Shown piece by piece: positions 18,801 through 24,000 of a stretch of 24,000 nt of DNA. Position numbers and translations under genes: made by a program. Origin of the DNA: an uncultured Acidobacteriota bacterium. GTDB lineage: Bacteria; Acidobacteriota; Terriglobia; Acidiferrales; UBA7541. Positions within the stretch are counted from its first letter, which is position 1, and every line of letters starts with the position of its first letter. The notes below the pieces were generated by a model. The model had not been told where the DNA came from. It made no database searches and saw only the letters and a program-made list of their open reading frames with translations. The stretch lies in NCBI GenBank assembly GCA_963729815.1, contig CAVSPU010000001.1:247075-271074 (forward strand). Direction: 5' to 3'.

Positions 18801-19741
18801 CTAAGCGGATGAGCCACGGGCTGCAGCTCAACGCTTCCTACACATGGTCCCACGTGCTTGACGAAGGCAGCGGGCTGGCGGAAGGCCTCTTTTATAATGG
18901 CAACAATCCTCTGGACCCGAGGAGCGGCTATGGCAGCGCGGGTTACGATCGCACTCATGTTTTCACCGTCAACTACGTTTACACCATCCCGAACCTTATA
19001 AAGTCCGAGGGTTTCGCGGCGAAAGCACTCAACGGTTGGGGTGTTAGCGGCATCACCGTGGCGGAAAGCGGCAACCCCTATAGCATTTACGATTTCTCTG
19101 GTGACGTTGCCAGTCAGTTTTTCGGTGCCGGCGACGACAACATAACAAATCCGCTTTTGACAATCATAAACGGCAACGTCCACTCTGTGCAGCTCCAGGG
19201 CACAACCGGCGTCAACGCGAACAATCCGGTCATCAACGGCGCCGCGTTTGGCGCTAATGTGAATGCCCCCGGAACCAATGGCGTACCGCCCTGTGGCCCG
19301 ACCACGGATGAGCCGGGTAATCCAACCGCGGCGTGTGATTATTCGGAAAGTGGCTTTGCGACGGGGAACGCTCCACGCAATCCCTTCCGCGGACCGTTCC
19401 AGACGCGCTTCGACCTTGGTATCTTCAAGGATTTCAAAATCAACGAACGTTTCCATCTACGCTACGATGCGCAGTTCTTCAATCTGTTCAATCATCCGAG
19501 CTTCGATGCGCCGGGCAACGATTTCGAGCTAAATCCGTGCTTCGGTCCGAACATACAGTCTAGCCCCAATAGTTACCTGATCTCGCACGGCTACGTCTGC
19601 CAGTGGCTTGGCTCGACCCCAGCTGTCGCGGGATTGACGTCGCCGATTGGGAACGGAACCGTGCCTTCTGGAGAGGGATTCATTCAAAACACTCTCGGAA
19701 GCTCCCGGTTCATTTCCATGGCGTTGCACTTGACGTTCTGA
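15830..19741 (+). CDS. TonB-dependent outer-membrane receptor with N-terminal carboxypeptidase-regulatory-like domain
   Basis: Signal peptide MMLKIGRFGFAVLFALLWTSMFAPMALRA/QQ. Ig-like CarboxypepD_reg module (GTVTD...SDGSYNIADLPIGTYSVTISKQGF), then plug-like and very long beta-barrel regions. C-terminal aromatic residue (...LHLTF). The upstream 43 codons of the track ORF were discarded. Confidence 0.85.
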   Translation: MMLKIGRFGFAVLFALLWTSMFAPMALRAQQTLGAINGTVTDASHAVIGKATVQVKNLGTGLTVDATTQSDGSYNIADLPIGTYSVTISKQGFKTEVHSDILIRGNLATTVNVTLQPGEVSTTVTVSGTPLMNQTDTTNGYTLGAEIIQNTPLGTGSFTQLAILAPGVNADLLSGSGTNAGLGNQDIFANGQRDTSNSFSFNSVNANNLFNGQSSSAVGESRYVLNTNEQFLAGGQIQTNTSVYDAIGQGLPTPPQETIEELHVNTSMYDASQGANSGAHVELTTKSGTNDIHGGLYEYHQTTGWDAAPFFFNAAGIDPNTGKPLLPRPALHRNTFGGLIGGPVIKNKLFFFGSYQGVRVTDAFSGATAIVNVPTGLTNDRSAATLAALAGVPQGNIDNAALTVLQAKTPGGQLLVPSQNITNVNEINVLGGNAVEQGPPSTFNADQINANMDYDFSAEDRISGKYYYQRNPSTSPFAVSQVLGFPQSLNAGSQVFSLDNTTVLTPNTTWEQRLGFIREVADAATSQQLTPTTAGINLLGSTYFPGITISNAGSGTGSELRIGPANNFANAGVFQNQFEGGTNYDWVHGHHDLSFGGVFDYGQLNVINRENQVATFDFSNFANFLTGDLGGRNGGTILNGETNRYFRSKQAGLFAQDHWKLKSNLTVDLGLRWDWDGPLYEKNGLLTNFYPSNYSYDLSTDTINDIGLVIAGNNKEFCGTKSSFCTNDSTLTGRQWMFEPRIGLAWSPTFVKNVVVRTGFGLYADRGEFFTEFSPSAGLGISGPFGVTTEEPFTVPVHASCSGVQCLQNNPFGTAPLTPPPSNLSGVAGLVYNQSGLSGCPEPVTPTCTPTGTPQFAFLFGGYDPKNTLPYSENWTLDLQWQPYNTLLFDLGYVGNHGQHELIPVPFNQPGIATPGKPINGQIYSYGFQATDADGGFGALQTEQVMTTIGEFTGADGNTALRVPYIGYNPNSNYWESEGISNYNALQFNLTKRMSHGLQLNASYTWSHVLDEGSGLAEGLFYNGNNPLDPRSGYGSAGYDRTHVFTVNYVYTIPNLIKSEGFAAKALNGWGVSGITVAESGNPYSIYDFSGDVASQFFGAGDDNITNPLLTIINGNVHSVQLQGTTGVNANNPVINGAAFGANVNAPGTNGVPPCGPTTDEPGNPTAACDYSESGFATGNAPRNPFRGPFQTRFDLGIFKDFKINERFHLRYDAQFFNLFNHPSFDAPGNDFELNPCFGPNIQSSPNSYLISHGYVCQWLGSTPAVAGLTSPIGNGTVPSGEGFIQNTLGSSRFISMALHLTF

Positions 19742-19780
19742 AGAGGGCGTTCGAACTACGGGAAGTCTGCTTGGGAAATC

Positions 19781-19825
19781 AAAGAGCCCCTGCGGCCACC
19801 ACCGCAAGGGCTCTTTTGCATTTTC
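19781..19825 (+). terminator. Rho-independent terminator of the TonB-dependent receptor gene, possibly bidirectional
   Basis: AGAGCCCCTGCGG / CCGCAAGGGCTCT (12 of 13 bp paired) with loop CCACCA, followed by TTTTGCATTTT. On the minus strand the same stem is followed by TTTGATTTCC, downstream of the convergent 407-aa gene. Confidence 0.7.
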
Positions 19826-19938
19826 GAGTTGAGATCGCCGCACGGAAGCCCCGCAAAGCCTATTTCCCGTGCTTATGACCTGTTCCTGTGATTCGTGTCT
19901 ATGTCCCGCACCGTCCAATCTAAGTTTAATCTATGAGT

Positions 19939-21162
19939 TTATTCGACGTTGAGCGCGGGCCGCAGGACCGCGATCGCGAAGTGCGCCACGTGCGGCGCGT
20001 CCTCGTCGAGCTGCAGCCAGCGCACCACGCAATGCTTCTTCAGGTAGTCGCTCACCTGCGTGTCGTTTATTTCCAGGTGCTCGGCCAATTGCGAGCGCAA
20101 GGAGGCCTTGCCCTCCGTGCGAGCGCCCCGGCCCGCGCGTCCGGCGCGCGCAAGCTGGCCCGTGCCGATGCGCAGTGTCTGGCAGGCTTCAACGTAATAA
20201 TTCGTCATCAAATCTGAATCGGAGAGCAGAAAAACGCCCGGTCCGGCGGGCGCTTCGTCGAGTTCGTCGGCGCGATGCAACGGAGCCGAGATCAGCCTCC
20301 GCAAAAGCGATTCGAGCTGCGCGAAGCGCGAAGCCAGCGCGGGATCGCCCGCGCGGATATACGTGGAGCGTTCGACGAACGGGCCGGTCGGCTCCGGCAC
20401 AAAGCGTGAAAGTGGCGTTGCCGCAGGCTCTGTGGGTTCCGCCGAAGTTGGCGAGGAAGGCGGTGGCGCAGGCGATGGCCGGCTCGGCTGCGCGTACACG
20501 CGGTCATCCATGCGAGAGCCTGGAGTTCGCGCCGACGGCGGCCGCCCCGGTGCGGAAGCCGCCCGATCTGTCGCCGGCGTCGCTGCCGCTCCGTGGCGCT
20601 TGTGCCGGCGGCCGCCCCTGCGTCCTCGGCGCCGTCCTCGGCGCTCGCCGGGCTGCTCTTTGATCGAAGTGCCTGCGGTCGAAGCCCCCGGGCGCGCTAT
20701 CGTCGATTGTTCGCGATTGAAAACCTGATCCTGCGGATCTTCGTGAATTTCTTCCGCTTCGAACCTTGCACTTGATTTTTCAGCTTCCGAATTTCCAATC
20801 AATTCGGAGCCAGCGGCGGCTTCGTCGACTGCGAAAGTCTCATTGTCTTCGGGCGCGGCACTCTCCGACGAGTCCGGCGAAGACAGCTCGGATGCAGACA
20901 GCCCCTCGGGCACAGGCGCGCCCAGGCGGGTCAGCGCCTCCGCGGCTTTCTTTTTCCAATCGGCGCGCCGAAAGCGTTCCGCGGCGGCCGTGAACCAGCG
21001 AACCGCCTCATCGTTATGGCCGGCTTTTTCTTCGAGCGCGCCCGCCTCGAACGCCACCATCGCGTCGCGCGTCTTTTGAAAGAGTTCGGTGAGCTTGCCG
21101 AGCGGGTCCGCGCTCGTGCGCGCCCGTCGAATGCGTCCTTGAACTTGCCGCCAGTTTGCCAT
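19939..21162 (-). CDS. Hypothetical protein: N-terminal helical domain, long disordered acidic/Arg-rich/Pro-rich centre, C-terminal GIY-YIG-like domain
   Basis: 407-aa ORF with coherent domain-like segments. C-terminus has GVFLLSDSDLMTNYYVE..TLR.....AIAVLRPALNVE, resembling GIY-x10-YIG...R...E..lI...P.lN. No SD seen; an extended -10 lies close to the ATG. Confidence 0.6.
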   Translation of the reverse strand: MANWRQVQGRIRRARTSADPLGKLTELFQKTRDAMVAFEAGALEEKAGHNDEAVRWFTAAAERFRRADWKKKAAEALTRLGAPVPEGLSASELSSPDSSESAAPEDNETFAVDEAAAGSELIGNSEAEKSSARFEAEEIHEDPQDQVFNREQSTIARPGASTAGTSIKEQPGERRGRRRGRRGGRRHKRHGAAATPATDRAASAPGRPPSARTPGSRMDDRVYAQPSRPSPAPPPSSPTSAEPTEPAATPLSRFVPEPTGPFVERSTYIRAGDPALASRFAQLESLLRRLISAPLHRADELDEAPAGPGVFLLSDSDLMTNYYVEACQTLRIGTGQLARAGRAGRGARTEGKASLRSQLAEHLEINDTQVSDYLKKHCVVRWLQLDEDAPHVAHFAIAVLRPALNVE

Positions 21163-21170
21163 GACTCAGG

Positions 21171-21179
21171 ATTGTATCA
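21171..21179 (-). promoter_or_regulatory. Candidate extended -10 promoter element (TGATACAAT) for the 407-aa gene
   Basis: The minus strand reads TGaTACAAT. The hexamer ends 8 nt before the ATG at 21162, implying a leaderless or near-leaderless mRNA. The -35 (TGGAAT) is weak. Confidence 0.3.
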
Positions 21180-21234
21180 ATGCTGGCCAAGGCATTCCAG
21201 CGCAGCCGTGCGAATTTTGGTGCATCATAGGCCC

Positions 21235-22383
21235 ATGCTGGCGGAAGCGCGACACGGCGAAAAGACACAGCAGCTTGTCGAGCAGGCGCGAGCCTTCGGA
21301 TTCGATTTGTGTGGCGTCGCGCGCGCGGAAGAATTTCCCGAGCTGCGGAAATTGCCCGAATGGCTCGCGCGCGGCTACGCGGGCGAAATGCGCTATTTGC
21401 ACGACGCGCGGCGGACACGCGCGGAGGACGTGGTGCCGGGCGCGCGTTCCGTGATTGTGTGCGCGTTGAATTACAACGCCGCGCCGCCCTATTCGACGGC
21501 CGTCGCCGCGAACGATGAAGATGGCGCCCGCGTTCCGCGCGGGTGGATTTCGCGCTACGCCTGGGGAGACGATTACCACGACGTCCTCAGCCGCAAGCTC
21601 AAGAGCTTGCTCGTGTGGATGCGCGCGGAATTCGGCGAGGATTTTCATGCCCGCGAATACGTCGACACAGGACCCGTGCTCGAACGCGTGGCGGCGAAGT
21701 ACGCGGGGCTTGGCTGGCTGGCGAAAAACACCTGCTTGATCAATCAGAGCCGTGGCTCGTGGTTATTTCTCGGTGTCATCGTGACGGATCTGGATTTCGC
21801 GCCAAGCTTGCAGGCGGGGGCGCTACCGCCGCGCGATATGTGCGGCACGTGCCGGCGTTGCATTGACGCCTGTCCCACGCAGGCGTTCGTCGAGCCCTAT
21901 GTGCTCGATGCCCGCCGATGCATTGCCTATTTGACGATCGAGCTGCGCGGGCCGATCCCCGAGGAATTTCGCGCGCCGATGGGATCCATGGTTTTCGGCT
22001 GCGATATTTGTCAGGATGTGTGTCCCTGGAATCGCAAAGCGCCCGCAACAGCGCTGCCGGAATTTCAGCCGCGTCGCATTTCGCCGGATTCTTCCGAAAC
22101 GTTCTTTGCCCCGCAACTCGAATGGCTGATTTCGCTGAGTGAAGAGGAGTTTCGCAAAATCTTTCGCGGCAGCCCCGTCAAACGAGCAAAGTTCCGCGGC
22201 CTGATTCGCAATGCCTGCGTGGCCATTGGGAATTCGCATCTGCGGCGCGAGGACGCCGCGTTCAGTCGAATTTCCGCGCGCCTGGAAGAGATCTCTAAGT
22301 CTGACGATGCCATAATTGCCGAGCATGCGCTCTGGGCCCTCGAACGATTGCGCGCAGGTGATCGTTCATCCGCCGTGGATTGA
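21235..22383 (+). CDS. queG: Epoxyqueuosine reductase QueG
   Basis: From ATG 21235 (MLAEARHGEKTQQLVEQARAFGFDLCGVA...). Two ferredoxin-type motifs are present: CGTCRRCIDACP and FGCDICQDVCPWN. It also has WISRYAWG.DYH and a HEAT-like C-terminus. The upstream 73 codons of the track ORF overlap the divergent gene and were discarded. Confidence 0.85.
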   Translation: MLAEARHGEKTQQLVEQARAFGFDLCGVARAEEFPELRKLPEWLARGYAGEMRYLHDARRTRAEDVVPGARSVIVCALNYNAAPPYSTAVAANDEDGARVPRGWISRYAWGDDYHDVLSRKLKSLLVWMRAEFGEDFHAREYVDTGPVLERVAAKYAGLGWLAKNTCLINQSRGSWLFLGVIVTDLDFAPSLQAGALPPRDMCGTCRRCIDACPTQAFVEPYVLDARRCIAYLTIELRGPIPEEFRAPMGSMVFGCDICQDVCPWNRKAPATALPEFQPRRISPDSSETFFAPQLEWLISLSEEEFRKIFRGSPVKRAKFRGLIRNACVAIGNSHLRREDAAFSRISARLEEISKSDDAIIAEHALWALERLRAGDRSSAVD

Positions 22384-22444
22384 TGGCATCGCGAGGAATT
22401 TTGAATGTTTCGATTCGTGATATTTTCATTGTTCTGGAGGAGTC

Positions 22445-23230
22445 ATGATGCTGGTTAATTCTTTGGCAGCCCATTTCATTCTGTTCCAGCCGCACTTCAG
22501 TTTTCCCGAAGGCGCGGTTGCGAACGAAGAGATCGTTCTGCGGTGGCTTCACATCGTATTCGGCATTATCTGGATCGGGTTGCTCTATTTTTTCAACTTG
22601 GTGGGCGGGCCAACCATGAAAGTTCTCGAGGATGCGACGCGAAAGAAAGTTTATCCCGTCCTGATGTCGCGGGCGATGTCCTGGTTCCGATGGTCCGCGC
22701 TTGTAACGGTTGTGGTGGGTCTGCGTTATTACGCCATTCTGCTGCAAGCCGACGCGGAGAATGCCGGGCATCCGGGGCTTCTGGGACGCTGGATCGGCGA
22801 ATGGTTTCTCGTGTGGCTCGTGGCCTACGCAATTATCTACGCTCTGCAGATGCCGTTTGGCGGCCCACTTGGGAATGGCTGGGTCCGCGCGGTTTTGATT
22901 GCGGCCGTCGTCATTGCGGCGTCGTGGGTGATTCTCGATTGGAACGCAGGGCCCGACGTATCGAATGCTCACTTGTCCATCAGTGTTGGCGGCGGCCTGG
23001 GTTTGGTGATGCTCCTGAACGCCTGGGGGATCGTCTGGCGCGTGCAGAAGCGCATGATTCAGTGGACGCGCGCGAACGCGGAGAATGGCACGCCGATTCC
23101 GGAAAAAGCAGCGAAGATGATGCAGTTTGCAAACATCGCCTCGCGCACCGCGTTCTGGCTGTCGTTTCCGATGCTTTTCTTCATGGGCGCGGCCGAGCAT
23201 TATCCCTTTCTCAGCAGCATTGGGCACTGA
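22445..23230 (+). CDS. Integral membrane protein (about 6 TM) with a conserved-His first helix reminiscent of HemJ / PuuD-N-terminal / CopD-type domains
   Basis: 261 aa with six hydrophobic helices. The first is LRWLHIVFGIIWIGLLYFFNLV. GGAGGAG SD lies just upstream (ATG 22445 or 22448). The family guess is low confidence. Confidence 0.65.
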   Translation: MMLVNSLAAHFILFQPHFSFPEGAVANEEIVLRWLHIVFGIIWIGLLYFFNLVGGPTMKVLEDATRKKVYPVLMSRAMSWFRWSALVTVVVGLRYYAILLQADAENAGHPGLLGRWIGEWFLVWLVAYAIIYALQMPFGGPLGNGWVRAVLIAAVVIAASWVILDWNAGPDVSNAHLSISVGGGLGLVMLLNAWGIVWRVQKRMIQWTRANAENGTPIPEKAAKMMQFANIASRTAFWLSFPMLFFMGAAEHYPFLSSIGH

Positions 23231-23247
23231 AGAATCGTAGGATCCGG

Positions 23248-24000
23248 TTAGTGCGAGAGAACGCGGGTCTGCGTTTCGGAGATGAGTTCGTAGCGCACGC
23301 CGCGCCAGCGTATCCGGCGCTCAAACGCGGAGACAATGAAGTTCCAGAGAAAGAGGAACGGCACCACCGGCGCGAGCGCAATCCACGCCCAGCTCCAGCT
23401 TTCGCATTTCGAACGCCATTCGTGCAGTAGGTCCTGGATAGCCACCGCGCGCATCGCGCCTTTGCCAGCCGCGAGCATGATCACGAGAAACGCGAGCAAG
23501 AGTATGCCGGTCCAGGAATCGCCGGTAAACATGCGGTCGAAAATAAAGAAAATCGTGAAGAGAACAGTCACGCAGTAAGAGAGGTGTGCAAGCGCCGCTA
23601 TCGCCCAGCGGCGTGGCGAATAGACGCGCGTCAAGATCATCTGCCTGTTGGTGAATTCAAGGAGTTGCTCGGGGTTCACGTCGCCAAGCGTTGGCGCGAG
23701 GCATTCGGGCACAAACAGGATGCGCAAGCCAGCGCGTTCTAGAGCAGCCGTAAGCGCCCAATCGTCGCTGACGGCGCCCTCCCACGCCTCGAGAACTGCC
23801 GCGCGGTCAAATACGTCCCGGCGAATGGCCGTGCCGCCTCCCCAGCAAAAGTTGTGCTCGTGGTCGCCAAGCTGCGTGGCGATCGCCGCGTTCCATGCGG
23901 AAAGCATGGCGCTCGCGAAGCCCCCGCGATTGGGGAAATACCACCGATAGGTGCTGGCCGCGCCCGCATTCGCATCCGCAAGCGGCGCGACAAGGTGAGT
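23248..24000 (-). CDS. Family 2/21 glycosyltransferase (ceramide glucosyltransferase / HpnI-like), 3' portion; 5' end outside window
   Basis: The frame stays open upstream of the track Met to base 24000 (...THLVAPLADANAGAASTYRWYFPNRGGFASAMLSAW...). Catalytic-domain remnants are WGGGTAIRRDVF and VSDDWALTAALERAGLRILFVPE. Several C-terminal TM helices follow, as in membrane GT2/GT21 enzymes. Confidence 0.75.
   Translation of the reverse strand, partial: THLVAPLADANAGAASTYRWYFPNRGGFASAMLSAWNAAIATQLGDHEHNFCWGGGTAIRRDVFDRAAVLEAWEGAVSDDWALTAALERAGLRILFVPECLAPTLGDVNPEQLLEFTNRQMILTRVYSPRRWAIAALAHLSYCVTVLFTIFFIFDRMFTGDSWTGILLLAFLVIMLAAGKGAMRAVAIQDLLHEWRSKCESWSWAWIALAPVVPFLFLWNFIVSAFERRIRWRGVRYELISETQTRVLSH

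Noticed and set aside
21016-21234. N-terminal 73-codon extension of the queG ORF (455-aa model)
   Set aside because: It would overlap the 5' end of the divergent 407-aa gene. QueG-like sequence begins only after Met74 (ATG 21235).
22295-23430. 310-aa minus-strand ORF and 295-aa plus-strand ORF overlapping the 6-TM membrane protein gene
   Set aside because: The frame at 22445-23230 gives six clean hydrophobic helices and has a strong GGAGGAG SD. The alternatives are Arg/Pro-rich, with no start context.

Overview
GC-rich, gene-dense chromosomal segment that looks like core genome, not an accessory island. I see no integrase, transposase, CRISPR array, tRNA or rRNA. The gene content suggests an Acidobacteriota (Terriglobia-like) genome; this is inference, based on a roughly 1300-aa TonB-dependent receptor with an N-terminal carboxypeptidase-regulatory-like domain, a lipoprotein SurA-like PPIase and a Tes-like radical SAM enzyme. 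In order: tail of a C26/GATase1 hydrolase, an SDR reductase, a secreted hypothetical protein, hslV-hslU followed tightly by an Fn3-repeat lipoprotein and an FAH-family hydrolase, two small membrane proteins, and a three-gene biotin-dependent acyl-CoA carboxylase cluster (carboxyltransferase, biotin carboxylase, BCCP). On the minus strand follow rpmB plus a SurA-like lipoprotein, a DinB-family protein and a monocistronic 739-aa radical SAM enzyme. Then come a 523-bp non-coding divergent region, the giant TonB-dependent receptor, an orphan 407-aa protein with a disordered centre and a GIY-YIG-like C-terminus, queG, a 6-TM membrane protein and the 3' part of a GT2/GT21 glycosyltransferase. The best candidate for interesting biology is the radical SAM gene at 13087-15306. 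Its motif architecture matches, from memory, the archaeal tetraether lipid synthase (Tes / GDGT-MAS) family, making it a candidate bacterial membrane-spanning (brGDGT-type) lipid synthase. I found no convincing defence or mobile system. All family calls rest on motif recognition by eye, with no searches run.
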